A stretch of 64,000 nucleotides of DNA from Daphnia carinata. Taxonomy: Eukaryota. The notes below the pieces were generated by a model that saw only the letters and a list, made by a program, of their open reading frames with translations, was not told the origin of the DNA and ran no database searches. The position numbers and the translations under genes are program-made. Location of the stretch: assembly GCF_022539665.2 (NCBI RefSeq), contig NC_081331.1, forward strand, positions 3,658,001 through 3,722,000, in the 5' to 3' direction. Shown piece after piece: positions 1-33,713 of the stretch (the stretch's first letter is position 1; each line of letters starts with the position of its first letter).

Positions 1-32
1 TTTCTTTTGTTTGTGTATTCAGCCAATGTATC

Positions 33-68
33 ACACACACACACACACACACACACACGTACACACAA
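33..68. repeat. (AC)n microsatellite
   Basis: Direct inspection. Confidence 0.9.
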
Positions 69-3000
69 AAAAAAACTGTTTTAATTCCTATATTGGCGTA
101 GATGGCTATTTTGCCTTGGATTTTTTTTTTTTTTTTCTGCAGTTGATCGTGATTTCAGAACAGTGTGTTGTTGTGCGTGCGTCGTGTGTATGGACACGCC
201 GGAGCCGGGATATGTTGGCGGCATATCGGCGCTGTTTGCTTTTCTTTCAGGTTTTTTTTTTTTTTTTTGTCTTTTCAGTTGGGAAAGAAAAAACCTGGAT
301 AGGTAGACCCGAGAGAAACAGTTTCTTTTGTTTGCGTGCGCTTATCAAGTGGACAAATCAGAACTGATGTGTGCGCGCGCGACGAGAAAAACTGGTTCAA
401 CTCGATCGACTCGTTCTTTTCCCCATCCGCAGCAACACACCCCATTAAGATAGACAAAAATAGTACACACGCAACATTTGTGACTACACACACAAAAAAA
501 TGCGAGATGGTTGCGACAGAGCCGAGCAGAAAACCGATAAAGAAGAACTTGATGGCGAGTCATTTAATCCTTGAGAAAAAAAAAAAATACATTTATTGTA
601 AATTGAGTGATTAAAAATAAAAAAAAAGAAGGTTTTCCTTTCCGTTCGTTATATGTCGCAAGACGAAGAAATCCCCATGTCATCGTGGAGCTCGTGACAA
701 AAGCTCGAACTTGCGCTTGCCGAATCCTCGTCGCGGCTATTGTTGTCCCGAGTGCTGATCAGGTTATTTAAAAATGTCCAAATTGTAGCACTTGCTGGAC
801 TGGTTTAGAACGTCCTTTCTCTCCTCTTATGGACGGACTGAGATGACGGAACAAAAAAAAAGAGAGAAGGTTCTTGTATATGTACGATATAGAATAAGGA
901 TAATACGTGTTTTGCTGCTGTCGCTCGCGTCCTTCACAACAAGTCTCCGACCGGGACCCGACACAGCGAATATGCCCTAAATTTCTATCGAAAAACAAAA
1001 AAGAATTGATCCTTTAAAAAACGGTTGCTGGCCAGTTTGTACGGCTTCAACTACTTACGCTTTAATGGCCCTTTTTTTTTTTTTCTCCTTCTCATTTTTC
1101 TTTGTATAAAAAAAAGAAAAAAAGAATATGACGGCTAACTATAGCTACTTGCTGCAAGACGTTTTCTGGAGATCGCACCATTTCATTTTTTGATGATAGG
1201 TGCCGAGTGTGATGGACAACAGATAGGATGCCACTAGTGAATGTGTTCCTCTTTCAGGTGCTTCCACCATTCTCCCTATACAATTTCGTCTTTTCTCCAC
1301 CACTCGAAGCGTAGAGACACACCATTGACGTGTGTATGTGCCTAGTAATAGACGGACTAGCGCAAATGTACCAGCAACAAAAGGTGGTAGCTTCTTTTCT
1401 TTTGCTTCTGCGTGCCTTCCCCTCGAGCGGAGCCACAAGGCCGAGCAAGGTGAACGTTAACTCGACAAGACATCTCTCTCTATCTCTCTTTTCTTTTTTT
1501 TTTTTTTTTTGCCTCGTTTCTCATAAGAAAAAAAGGTTGAGAAGGGAGGAAAAAAAAAATATCAAACAACTTATAGTTCCTTTTTTTTCCCCAACTTTTT
1601 CTGATTTCTATGAGCAAAGGCCCATTTTTGGATAAGAAAAACTCACAAAAGATATTCGACGAAGAATAGATACGAGGGGATATGCAGAAAAGAACAAACA
1701 AGAGAAAAATATTGAAGACCAGCTTTGCTTTCTTCTTTTTTTTTTTTTTTTTTTTTTGAAGCTGAGGATGTTGAAGTTCAATAGATTAATGTAGTAGTTC
1801 AGCTGGAATGATCCCACGTTCTGTTTATTGATCCGAGATCAAGAAAGTGGTAAGAGGAGATTATACAACGTTCATCCCAATCGAAATCCGCTTTGCATCG
1901 ACAAATACGAAAATCCGAAACAATTGAAAACTTCTTTAGAGATTTGAGTCTCAATATCTTAAAAAAAAACAAAAAACGTTCCTTTAATTTGTCTTTCTTT
2001 TGATTACGTATCCTTTGTTTCATCATCATTTCGTCATTTGAAATTCATTATTGGAAGAAAAAAACGAGCCTGCCTCTAGGGGTTGCTCTTCAGGTTTTCT
2101 CTTCTTTTGACTTTCAGGGAAACCAAATGATTTATTCTTCAGCTGCTGATTGGGTCTAACACGAGCGCGAGGACCTATATAGTCGTTACGGTACGACTTT
2201 AGTTTGGGGAGGTTTTTTTTTCTCAGATATGATTTAGTTTTTTTTTTTTTTTTTTCGTGTTCTCCTTTAAAATATTCCTTTTTTTTTTTTAATTTTATTT
2301 TGTTCGGTTGTTTCGGCTTTTCTTCTTGGTACAAGATATCTATTCTTATGTTTCGTTTATTTTATGGCGCACGCGCGGCCCTCTCTCTTTTTCCATTCGC
2401 TTACATTAAAAGTGAAACGAGTTGAGAGCGCGCGCGTAGCTCCAACCAGATTGTGTTGTTTAAACCGGAGGTGCGCATAGGCATTGACGTTGTTCCTACA
2501 GATTTTTCATGTTAACGATAAGGAACCTCACCGACGATGGAGAGGGATGATGAGGTCGTTCGTTTTTCTGCGAAAAAAAAGCAAGACAACAAAACAGAAA
2601 CGTGTTTGGCTTAAACAGCGCTCTTTTTCCCGACCGACTGGCCTCGCACCGTGGGCGGGATTCAAATTGCTACACGTAAGAGATGCGGGGCAAATCTCTT
2701 GCGTGAAATTTGGCCAACACGACTCTACGCAAATAGCTCTACATAATTTGCTGCGCACAATTTCACATCCACCGCCTTCGTAATGGCCGATCGTCAAAAG
2801 CAAACCAAAAAAAAAAAAAAAGGCTCTCCACACACACCAACAGCTCCTAGGTATATCGTTCCATCTTGGACGAACGTTCGTGAAACTAATAGATCTAGGT
2901 AGATGCCCCAGCAGTGGATGGCTTGATTCTTTTGGCGGTATATCAGGCGAATATTAAAAATCGGGTCATGGGCTCGTTTTCTTTTTCTTTTTTCGTGGCT

Positions 3001-4825
3001 GTACGAAATCAGTTATTTCTTTTTTCCGAATCCATTTCGCTTGCGATATGATTTCATAAACAACTGCCTATCCCGTTCTTCTCCGAGTGTTTGAATTCCT
3101 ACGTATAGGAGGGCATCTTTGCCTATTTTCTACTGGAACAAGAAAAAATCATTTTGGTTTTTTTTTGTTTTTTTTTTTCCTTTTTACCTCTGCTGGATAT
3201 GATGACGTCTGCCAGATTGTCTTGTCATTACGTGGCATTCCTGTGGTACCTTCTTTCATTGCATACTATTCTAGCTGCTCTTTTTTTGTTCCTCCTTTCT
3301 CCGTGCGTGCATATACATCTCCACAGTCGATTGAATATTCTCTTTTTTCATAGTCTTCAATCGATCTCTTGTTCTTTTTTAGCGCTCAAGTCATCGATTC
3401 CACCTTTCCAGATGGTCGTTATCATTGGGTGAAATCTTAAAAGGAAAAATTGAAACCTTTGAACAGAAAAAAAAAAACAAAAAAACTTTGTGTTTGAAAA
3501 AAAAAAAAATATTTTACGAGTGTTGCAAAGACTTTGAAAAGATTGCTACGTTATTGTTTCATAAAAATGGAATGTCAAATTAGCTAGAATGACTGCAGTA
3601 CGTCGTTCGTGTCGTAATAACATGCAGTTACAATTTACACAACATCCGGATGGCAGCAAAAAGCTTTGGCTGGCCGTTAGACGGGCACGTTCCAACATTT
3701 GATTCTTCTAGCGGGAGTAGGCTATGTGTGTCTGTATACACAGTACACACGTGCTGCTCTTTGCTGACTCGGGCCAAAGAGGAGGAGGCCGATAGAAAGG
3801 AGAAGATTTAAAAGAAAAAGGTACAAAAGATGATGACGTTGACTTGGAAAACTAAAAATCACGACTTTCTTCTTTTTGCGCGCCAGTTGATATATGCATA
3901 GAAAAAAAAAGGCAAAGTTTTCTGCATTGTCACGTCACAACAGACGTCTATAGTTGCATCATAAGCTAATATAAGAACAGGATCTAGGTAAAAATGTGCG
4001 TCAATGTTGTGCACGACTTGGGTAAGATGGACGCAGGTGTTGTTCATACCCATTGAACTTTATTGTTGTCTGATGTTGTTATTATTCATCCGAAAACAAT
4101 ACAGACGTTGGGCATCGTTTTAAATCATCAAAGGCCAATCAAGACGAGTCAATGCTCGCATGGAACGAGGCAGGTTCCTTAATAAGCCTAAATATGGAGA
4201 TTGAGTCATTTGGAGCGTTTGCCGGAAGGATTTTTTTTTTTTTTTTTTTTTTTTTTCTTAAACGGCAATAATGTTCTCAAACAGGATCGTAATAGATTGG
4301 AAGTTCCAGGAAGTTTTCGTATTTACAGATATCCCTTTTTTTTTTTTTTTTTTAGTGGAAAAAGAAAGAGATAGAAAATAGTGCAACAAGTAGACGTGTA
4401 GTGCTCGGTCGGAGAGAGAGGTCTCGTGTGAGTGAGTGAATGTGTTTCTGTGGAGGAATGTATCGCCTCTGGCATACACACCAAAGCACGGAGTTGTTCC
4501 ATCGGTGCAGAAGAGAATTCTGACCTTCCTTTTTTCTTCTTCTTCTTCCACTTCTTCTTCCTCCACTTCTTCGTCTCCTTCTTCTTGGATAGAGAGCAGC
4601 TACGAGCAAAGGAAGATGTAGACACAAAAGAGTGGAGCTGATGGAGAGAATGAGCCGAGTGCAGTAAAAAAAAAAAAAAAGAAAAAAAAAAGATGGAATA
4701 AGGTGGGTGCTAGGGGGGTGGAGACGGGACTCCCACTGAGCAGTAAAAGAGAGAGAGAGAAAAAAAACACATCGTACTCGACAGTGTGGCGGAGGAGGAA
4801 GATGACCGAAGAAATGAAGAGGTTA

Positions 4826-4880
4826 AAGAAGAAGAAGAAGAAGAAGAAGAAGGAGAAGAAGAAGAAGAAGAAGAAGGAGA
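4826..4880. repeat. (AAG)n trinucleotide microsatellite; a complementary TTC-rich tract lies at ~4534-4586
   Basis: Direct inspection. Confidence 0.9.
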
Positions 4881-6443
4881 AACCCAAACCAAAGTATAAT
4901 AATATAAAAGAGTAGAGGAGCAGTAAAGGCAAAGAAGGGGGAGGGGAGAGGAGGATTTTTGAAGGAGGAAGAAAAAAAGAGAGTCGCACACAAGTTGAGT
5001 TGTAAGTCGAAGGGAAGTCCGGCCTGTCATTGCCCAGCCAGCAGCTCTCGAATTAGAGGCACATGCCCTTCGGGCACACTAGCGCGCTTTTTTTTTTCTT
5101 GGGGGCCCCCCTGTTCCATCCTGCGCCACCACCGCCGTTTTCTGTACGTGTGTTCCAGTGCGGGACAAAAGAGAGAGAAAAAAAAAAAAAAAAAAGAATC
5201 TACCACCCTCCGCAGTTGTGCCCACCCGCTATCCTCCTCCTCCTCCTCCAATAGAGAGTGGCGGAGGGAGGGTGTAGTGTGTAGGAGAACGTGAGAGAAG
5301 TCGGAGCGTGGCCGCGCCAGTCTCTACTCCGCTGTGACACGGTGAACATCGTATCGTTCTCGCGTCGCTCTTTTATTTTTCTGTTGTTGTTGTCGTTCGG
5401 TTCCGTTTTCAAATCGCCGACGTACGAACAAACATTTTTACTTTTGTTTTTTTTTTTATTTTTTCGGGACTTGAACGCGATTTTTCGTTTCGTGTTTTGT
5501 GTGCGACGATGTGAGTTTTTGTTGGCATTTCAAAAACAAAACTGACAGCAGTGGCCAACGTGATTTCAGACTGTTGTTGATGAGTCTACGTTGTTTACCG
5601 TACATGATTGGATTACTTGTGACGGATCAACTTCCCTGATTTAGTTTTTTTTTTTCTTTTCTTTGGTTTTTATTTTCGATGATATCGCGCTTGATTAACG
5701 CAACAAAATCTGGTGTAAATTGAAGAGATTGTTCATCCCCCGGCAGTGTTTTTGTGTGGTTCTTTTTCTTTTTGAAATTTTCGTGTGAGTGATTTTGTTG
5801 TTGTTGCCACTCCACCAACCGGTCCCGCCGCAAAAATTGCAGGTATTACCTTTTTATTTTTTTTTTTCCTCTATTGGCATGTTGCAGAATTATAAAGGAG
5901 GGCAAATCGATGAGCTCCGTTCGAGATTTTCCTTGTTGTTGGGGCATATTGACAACAACGGATTCGAAATCCCCCAATTTTTCTCTTGTCGGACGTGTGT
6001 GGATTACCATCGCTCAAGGCGATGGTGATTGAGTTGTTGGCCCGTTGATTGAGACGGCCCCTCCCCTCTCTCCCGCGTTCGTCCCGCAAGCAAAGTCTGC
6101 AGGTGTAAGCGAGCTCGGTGATGGTCAGTGCACAGTGGCGCCTACACTGACATTATCTGATTACCATCTTCTCCTTTTGTCGAAATTTGCGTTTCGGCTA
6201 TGTTCTTGTTGCATTACAGGTTTTTCTTGCGCATAATGAACACATTTATTGGCAAAATTTTTTCTAACTTTTCCTCCAAAAGGAACAGAAAAAAAAAAAA
6301 AAAGAAGGTCCCACTTTACACAATGAAAATTCTTTAGTTGCAGATATAGAAACTTGTTCCAGGAGGAAAAAGCTCCGCACACATCGAGAGTCGAAAAACT
6401 GATGGAAATGTCCGATAATAAAAAGCAACCGAGGGGAGTCTTG

Positions 6444-6446
<3 letters not shown>

Positions 6447-6479
<33 letters not shown>
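6447..6479. repeat. (AG)n microsatellite
   Basis: Direct inspection. Confidence 0.9.
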
Positions 6480-6482
<3 letters not shown>

Positions 6483-7563
6483 AGAAAAAAATATGTTAAA
6501 AGAAACACACACACACACAAAAAGGGACAGACCAGTTTACCCGAGAGTGAGGCCATTAATAAAGCCAGAGAGCCGAGTCAGCTAATTGGTGTCAAACCAT
6601 CGACTGCACACACACATACACACACGGAATGAAGCTCACATTCGCGCTTCTAACCTGCTCTCTTCTCTCCGACTACCAATTTTTTTGCGCTTTTTTTTTT
6701 TTTTTTTTTTGTCTTGTTCTTCATACAAATATATCCCCTCTCTCTCTCTCTCTCTTTAGCTGATCCTTCTGCGTTGGCCATGACCACTCTGCTCGCATAC
6801 TAATGCACCACACCTGCTATTCAGCTTTTTTTTTTCTCTCCTCGATTGCCAAGCTGCTACCTGCCCCCGTTGGCTGCGCGCCGCCGCCATAATGGAGAGA
6901 TACTATATTTAGGCTATTCTTTCACTGTACACACACAGAAATTGTGCTTGTCCCCTTTTAAGAAACACACACACACAAAAAAAGAGAAAACTTAACGACT
7001 TATCAAGCAACATTGAGAACAATTGAGGATATATATATATATATATAAATACATATATATAAGAAATGCTATCAACTCATTTGAGTGGCTCCAATTGTTT
7101 TTATTCTATTTTTTTTTTCTTCCATATCATCTTCCTGGTTGTGCACGGCTCTTGTTCCATTTGAAACTTGTTTTGTTTTTTATCGGTCGAAACGACACGC
7201 AGCGACAGTGGGAGGCGATAATCTAGAATACACAAGCAGCGCACGGTCTTTTCTTGGGGCTGGTCGAAAGTTTTGACGCTCGTTTGCCCAGTTTTCCTTT
7301 TTTGTGTCGAGTAAACAACAAAGACACAGACACACGAGAAATAATGTTTGAATGTTTAGTTAGTCTATAGACGAGGATCAATAGCTCCGTGCAAACATGT
7401 CAAATGCCACCGATATACACATACAATAAACACACGTACGTCGTTTGAAAGAATGTCTCCTTGTCAACAAGGAGGAGTACCTTATGAACCTGTGGCGTTA
7501 TTTCACTTTCTATTATCTTTGCATTTTGGCGTCCAAAAGATTTTTCTAACAGTTTTGCCTTTT

Positions 7564-7597
<34 letters not shown>

Positions 7598-7611
7598 CAA
7601 TTTTCTTGGTA

Positions 7612-26072
<18,461 letters not shown>

Positions 26073-26384
26073 TAGAGTACCAATAGTAGAGACATTCTTG
26101 TAGTAATTGCTATCGTGTGCTCTGCTTCTTTTTCTTTGAGTGAATTCTAGTGCAATAAGCTGGGAAAACCGCATTGATCAGACGTGACAAAACAAATATC
26201 CCGTTAGCTCCGTATAACAAAAAACTGCGTGTGAAGATCTCGCCTTAACTTCTTATTGTTTTTGTTTCGTTTTTTTTTGTTTGCACTTATATTATCACCT
26301 TCTTATCATAATCTGAAAATTTTTGTACATTAGTTACGTTTCGCGAAGAAATATCGTGCATGTATATCGAGTGCCAAATAGCAG

Positions 26385-26462
26385 AAAAAGAAAACAAAAA
26401 CAAAAAAAACAAAAAAAACAAAAAAAACAAAAAAAACAAAAAAAAACAAAAAAAAAAAAAAG
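26385..26462. repeat. (CAAAAAAAA)n 9-mer tandem repeat in the ci 3' UTR
   Basis: About six tandem C(A)8 units. Confidence 0.85.
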
Positions 26463-26867
26463 AAGGAAAACGTAAAAACTTGGCCGTCATATTGTACTGA
26501 ATGATCACCTGCCTTACTTTTACAGCTGTTGCGCTCCCATTTTCCGTGGGACAAGTGTTTGTTGGGGAGGAGGACGGTTTGTGTTTGCCTGCCTTTTGAG
26601 TGTCCTTATTTCTTATATCTGTTTGAATAATATTTCTTGTGATACTGCCTTATTTTGAATTTATGTGTTAGCTCCATCAATCATATCTCTGGTGCCTTGA
26701 CAGCTTATGATTTGCTGCAGTGCCATATCAGAGTGTCTTGGTACTTGTATAACAAAATGCCCATCATCATATTTTTTTGAATGATAAAAGTTTCTTCATG
26801 TGGTATGGCCTTAATGGCAGCCTATGAATTGTGCTTTCGGGTACTTGAAAATTGTACTTACATGTCC

Positions 26868-26873
26868 AATAAA
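26868..26873 (+). terminator. Candidate polyadenylation signal of ci
   Basis: AATAAA (within AATAAAATAAA) about 800 nt after the ci stop codon and before the ADAM10 upstream region. Confidence 0.45.
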
Positions 26874-28157
26874 ATAAACTGTACGCCTGTTGAAAGAATG
26901 TCTATTTGTCAATTAATATACTAATATACATTACAAATCATCCTCTATAAGGAGTGTTGTTGTACATGAAGGTATCTTTTGTTATGTGGAGCCCTAAATT
27001 AAACAAAATAATCTATCTGTCAAACAAAGCATTTGTATGTAATAATCTAAAAACATAACTTACTGAAAGTGTTCTCAGCAACGGGACTTGCTTGCACCAC
27101 ACTTGTCCTCAAAATTTCTTCAGCTTGGTTACCAAATTTGATTAACTAGACCAAAACAGAATTTAGCTGCTGCGAGTATCATGTTGAACAATGAACCCTT
27201 ACTTCCATAATAGTTTCTTGGTTTGATATTTTTTGATATTTTCGGAATTCAGAATTGATTTTGAGTCGTGCAGCTAAGAAAAGTAGATAGGGTCGTAATT
27301 AGTATGATAAGATATCATACTTCAAACTTTTAATCCAAAACTTACCATCCATTGCAGCTTCATCGTTCGTAAACACTTTCAAACGAGTTCGATGAAGACA
27401 TCGAAAACATTTTAGAACCTAGGAAATTCAGACCAAATAAATTTTATTTAAAACTAGAAAATGTTGTACAAAAATATATAAGCAAAGAAGAAAGAAAAAC
27501 AAAATGCAACAACCAACAAACAAAAAGAAACTAAAGAAATAGTCTTTTCTTTGTTTATTTACCTCGGCTCGAAGGGGGGCGGCCATGTTTGATTGCTGAC
27601 TTGTTTTACAGCAATGCAAATATACAATTTAAATCTAAAAGTTGAATATCATTATTAAATCAATAAATTTGCTTAAGAAACACACACAAAAATTCGATAA
27701 TTAATGAGCATTTGCTTTTCTTTCAATAAAAAAAGAATTAACTGAATCTGTTGAAGCATTCGTCAATCTGGCAACATAAGGTGGTATTGCCCATCCTACA
27801 ACAAGGAGAAAAGAGGGACATGGAAAAGAACAGAACAAAAGCGTTTTCAGTAATGGAGTAAGCAAGGAGAAGAGCGGAGTGTTGGGTCGCAAAAGGACTG
27901 GTGTTATTTTGGTGGTGGAAATATCGTTCATGTAGTTTATTATCGCCATTACGATACAGACAAAATCATTGGTGAATTATGATTTTACCCTGCGAGATTC
28001 TCCTGAATGTGGTGCCGTATAACTGTGGCTCGAAACCCAGTCTGCTACAGTACTCGCCCTTCTAGCTCATTTCATCTTTAAACAAAAATAAATATCTAGT
28101 GTTTTTTTCTGTGCCCAACTGCCTTCGGATTGTTCAAGCAAGCCACTGGAGAAAACC

Positions 28158-31100
28158 ATGCGTTTTCTGCTGTTACTAGTTTGCATTCATCTGGTCACAC
28201 AACTCGCCATCTCAGCCGGTGAGTCATTTCCATTGCTACATCGTCGGCTTCTTCTTGCAGGATGTTCACCTCGAGCAGAGGCCATGAAACATGTATCCAT
28301 TTGAAAACTAGTATTTCTCTCTTGACTAAAGTCCATTTTTCTGGTGTATTTGGGTGTTTCTTTGCACTGAAAACTGTAGCAATCGTCGCTCAAGTGGTTT
28401 TGACGGTAGGGGGACGACCCTTTGTTCCTTGGAAAGTCATGAAACATTAAGTACCCTGTACATTTTTTTTTGGTAGACTTTCCAACGTCATTATAAATGC
28501 CGTGTGCCAGCTTCAAGTTCAACGGACTGTGTCCCTACCATTTCCCGGTTTATTATCATCTATCACGGCTCGGTTCCCTCTCCTACCGATGGGTTGGCAT
28601 TAAAAGAGAAAACAAGCAAAAAGAAATAAAAAGTAGTAACGTAGTTTGCTATGTAATTTTTCATGAGTAGATTCGTTACTCTTATGCTTTTTGAATTCTA
28701 AGCAGAAAGTCGGGCTTTCTCGAACTGAGATGTAACGTCTTTCTCTCTTTCAACTAGACGTGATGATGACATGTTCTCGGTATATTGCGCCCTACCTGGA
28801 AACAGGAAGTGGTTGGCTTTACACACGCCATAATATTGTGGAAGCTTGATCCGCCATCCTCACTCGCTGACTTTCATTCTGATAAGTGGAACCCTCTGAA
28901 TGTCCACACCGGATGAGGAGCCTAAAAACCTGCTACCACACTACTGGAGCCACTATCTTTTGAATAGAATGGCGATCGCACATAAACAAAATCCGCCCCC
29001 TCAAAAGCCGGAGCGAAAGAGACAGGAAAGACAAAACCGGAAAAAGAAAGAAACGATTCTCTCTAATTTTGGCTTCCCTCTCTTGTTGTCGTTGTTTTGT
29101 TTTCTGCCAGTCGAGTGGAATGATACGACGAACCGAAACCCATTCGAGTTACGAGACGAGGTACCCCAAATTGTCGATGGCGGTTTTACGTTACGTTGAG
29201 CACCACCAATGTCCATCAATATTCGGAATTGGCTCAACGACTTTGTGTGTGCTCTCATTCCAGCTGGCATGGTAGTAGCAACAGCAGCTATTGGGTCCCG
29301 TATACCTTCGTCCTCTATTACACGCCACCCTCCCCGTGATGGCAATGATGTAGGAATTCCAATTAAAAGGTTAGGCGGATAGAAATGGTGCCATTTTTTT
29401 TTTGCATTTTCACAACCTACCACGAATCAGCAGTTTTCCCTTTCTTTCCGTTTCCCATCTTGCATCCAAAACGACGTCATTGAGAACGCGACGACGTGTT
29501 GTCCACAAGAGTGGATTTCTCCCATTATAATCCACGCACATTGCAAGCTGACGTGGAAATCGATTTGCCCTTATGAAATAAGAAAAAGAAAAAAAAAAAC
29601 TTCTGACTAGAAAAGCCTTGGCCCAATTTGGTCAACGTTGTTGTGCGTGGGTGAAATCCAACCAGTCCTTACCTTTTTGTTGTTGAAATATTCTCTGTGA
29701 AACCGTAAGGTTTGTCCACTGATGACGGCTGGATGATTTGAATTAGAACGAACGTGAATTTAGCAGAATGTTCTTTAATGCTCTATGTATGTCGATTGAA
29801 ATTCCAGGTACAAAAACGGGTAACCGGCTGAACGAGTACGTCCTCCACTACGAAACGCTGGATTACGATGCGGACGCGATTGCAGCCCAACACAATCGAA
29901 ATAGACGGAGCGCGGTAGGAGGAGAAGAAGAATCGTATCTTCGGCTTCATTTTCGCAGTCACGGGAAACCATTTCGTTTAAAACTGAAAAGGGACACATC
30001 CACGTTCAGTTCTGACGTCCAATTTGTATCTCATAAAGGCCACCCGCTGGACGTCGATACCTCGCACCTTTACGAAGGGCACCTCCAAGGTGAGAACCAC
30101 AAACCTTGTAGCTTCTCATTTTATAAGTCGAAAACGAGCATGCTGTGCAAACTTTCTGGCTATGTGTATAAATATCCAACATGCTTGCATGGTTGGCCAT
30201 GGCAGACTTGTTATACAATCGGAATGCTTAAATGAAAACCAGTTTTAGTAAATATAGTTGACCACAAGTTCCGTTTGATTCGAAATTCTCACGCGTTTTC
30301 ATAGCAATGGCAGCAACATTACGATATTTCCCATGTGGCCATAGAAGGATGTATTTTCTTTTTACGAGAGGCTTCTGCTGTTGCGTGATAGATGAAAGAA
30401 ATCAGTCTCGACTAATTGACTCACTAATGGTCTTTTCCATTCGATTCCCATAGGCGAACCAGAAAGCATGGTCTATGGATCGATCATTGATGGTATCTTC
30501 GATGGCAAAATCCATAGCCAAGATGGCGTCTTCTACGTTGAAAAGGCAACCAAATACTTTTCTGACAACAGCACAACTGCCAAGTTTCATCGTCGCAATC
30601 CATTTCACTCTATCATCTACAAGGAAGCGCACGTCGTCGATCCTTATGAACAACATCGCACAGGTATTTGGCTACGTTTGGCATGTTTCTATTTTCCTAC
30701 CGATTATCTGAAGCCAACAGGAATTTTTCACGCATGTGGATCAATGAGTTGCTACTGACAATACATACTCTCTTTGTTTCCTTCTCTGTCCTCCCTTTTG
30801 TGATCCCTAGGACATGTGGGCGGTTGCGGAGTGACAGATGAGGTGGCCGCTTGGATGGACGATATCCAGCACGGAGCAACTGACGAGGAAAAAGAAAACG
30901 AGAAAACCAACGAGATCAATACGAAAGACCAAATCTTTGTGCGTGAAGAGAGTCTGTACAAGAGAGACCAGCAAAATGAATGGAAAACGGCACATCCTCG
31001 ATCATCCGCTTGGTGGTACAAGTACAGCCATCAAGCCAACCAGCCGGATGCAGATCCATCTGATGGGGGACGTCGAGACAGGCGCTCAACTGTCAAAAGT

Positions 31101-33713
31101 CACATCAGCCGGACGACTTGCTCCCTTTTTATTCAGACAGATCCGCTTCTATGGCGACATTTCTACGAAGCTGAGAAACGTAACGCGGACAACACACGTA
31201 AAGAGATCACGTCGCTGATCGCTCAACACGTCAAGGCCGTCAATGCCATTTACATGGAAACCAAGTTTGACGGGAAATTTCCGCATCGAATGACGCGATT
31301 CGAAGTGCAGCGCATCAAGATCGATGACTACGAGGCATGCGAACCCAATTACATTGGAGAAGAGAACAAGTTCTGTCTTCCCAATATCGACGTCTCCAAC
31401 TTTCTGAATCTCCACTCGCAGGGCAATCACGAAGATTTCTGCCTGGCTTACGTCTTCACCTACCGGTAACTTTTTTTTTTTTTTGCCCTTCCTTTCGGTT
31501 ATTGCGTGTCATCGTCGGAATGAAAACATTTCTTCTTTTTTCTTTGTTTACTTTTGGAATTCCAGGGATTTCACGGGTGGAACGCTGGGTCTCGCTTGGG
31601 TTGCCTCGCCTTCCGGCGCTTCCGGCGGCATTTGCGAACGCTACAAAGTCTACACGGAGAACATGTCCGGCTACCCCCGCACGACCAAGCGCAGTCTCAA
31701 CACAGGCATCATCACCTTTGTCAACTACAACAGTCGCGTTCCACCAAAAGTCTCTCAGCTGACGTTGGCTCACGAAATTGGACACAATTTTGGCTCGCCT
31801 CACGACTATCCCAGCCACTGTCGTCCGGGTGGCCAAAATGGTATGAACGAAACATTCTAAGTTGACATGAAGATGGAAGTCCGCCATTGTCGTGTTGATG
31901 ATGCCTACGAAAAACGTGTCCAATTGACTAACGATGCGATTTTTTCATTTTCTTTTAGGTAATTACATTATGTTCGCATCGGCCACTAGCGGCGAACGGC
32001 CAAACAATTCACGCTTCTCCAATTGCAGCGTGGGCAACATCTCGTCCGTTCTAGATGCTATAGAGGAAGGCAAAAAGAAGAATTGCTTCACGGGTAAGGA
32101 TCGCGCTCTTACGACCAATGAACTGGGCCTACTAATAATAGCTTTTTTCGTCCTATTTCTCAGATTGGAAGGGTGCTTTCTGCGGTAACAAGATTGTTGA
32201 AGATGGCGAAGAATGTGATTGTGGCTATGACGACGAAGAATGCGAAGAAAAGTGTTGTTATCCTCGCGTCGTCAGCGAACCAGATAGAGCCCTCAATCCA
32301 GCTGCTCAAGGATGCAAACGTCGACCGAGTAAGAAACAATAAATAATGTGCCGGCCATGCCACCCCGCTGACACGAGGACACACTAATTGTTGCCAACAC
32401 TTTTCAAATTTTCTTCTTGCTAGGAACGCAATGCAGTCCGAGCCAAGGCCAGTGCTGCGACCGCAGTTGTAAATTCGTTCCAGTTACTTCACACCAGCAA
32501 TGCAAGGAGGATGGCGAATGTAACGGAAAGGCCTTCTGCAATGGGCTGTCCGCCAAATGTCCTCCGCCACCTAATAATCCTGACGGAACCGAATGCAATG
32601 GCAATACCCAGGTATAAAATATTACGCATTACATTGAATTGAATTCAGTTACGACATGATTAGCTTATTTATTTCTTTTTGTAGGTATGTCAAAGTGGCG
32701 AGTGCTCTGGATCGATATGCTCCAAATTCGGCATGAAGGAGTGCTTTCTCACGTCGAACGTCATCGACGATAAACGCAAACTCTGCGAATTGGCCTGCCA
32801 GATTGGTAACGATAACACAACGTGCAAAGGCACGTCTGAACTCGCCTCCATCACCAAATTGCCTACTGGCATTTCTTTACGTCCAGGATCTCCTTGCGAC
32901 AACTACCAGGTATTTAAAAACAAAGCCTATTTTTTTTTAATTTTTCCCTACAGTTCACTTTAATAATAGATTTTCTTCTCCGTCTCTAGGGCTATTGCGA
33001 CGTCTTTCTCAAGTGCCGTGCAGTGGATGCCGAAGGTCCTTTGGCTAGACTGAAGAACTTGCTCTTCAATCGCGAAACGCTGCTCACCATCGCTCAATGG
33101 ATCACGGTGAGTTTTACCAACTTGTTCTACCCTCGCCCTTTTTTCCCATCTCGGTGAAAATGTCGTGAGATTGATGTCACCATTTTAATTATGTAGGAAT
33201 ACTGGTGGGCTGTCATGCTTATGGGTGTGGCCTTTGTCTTGTTTATGGCCGTTTTCATCAAGTGCTGCGCGGTTCACACCCCGTCGTCAAACCCGAAGAA
33301 ACAGCCTGCCTTGAGTATCACACATACTCTGCGACATCCGTACAGCACATTGCGCCGGAAGCGGCATCAGCATCCTCAGCAACAACAGCAGCAACAACAT
33401 GCAAACCCGTCCGCTCCGTACATTGCTGCCCCTAATCCAGCAGCCGATTCACACGGTGAACCAAGAAATCAGTATAATCGACCCAAAGGTAGCAATCCAT
33501 TTTTTGTTGTTGTTTGCTTATTCTTTTCTTTGTTTGTTTTTGTTTATGTTTTTCACAAACCTATTCGATTCCTAACAAAGTTTGTATTAACTATCAGGTG
33601 GTCCAGCAAGTGGATGGGGTCACAGAACCGAATCTTCGCCGTACGCTTACTCAGGTGGCCAGGGAGGCCGGGCGAATGCTTACGAAATGAACGTTCGGCA
33701 GCATCGGGTGTGA
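28158..33713 (+). CDS. kuz: ADAM10 / Kuzbanian disintegrin metalloprotease (about 12 exons)
   Basis: Signal peptide exon 28158-28218 ([20 protein letters not shown]). Prodomain with furin-type RNRR and RDRR sites and cysteine switch [24 protein letters not shown]; zinc motif [12 protein letters not shown]; Met-turn GNYIMFA; disintegrin [16 protein letters not shown]; Cys-rich [24 protein letters not shown] followed by [10 protein letters not shown]; stop TGA at 33711-33713. Confidence 0.97.
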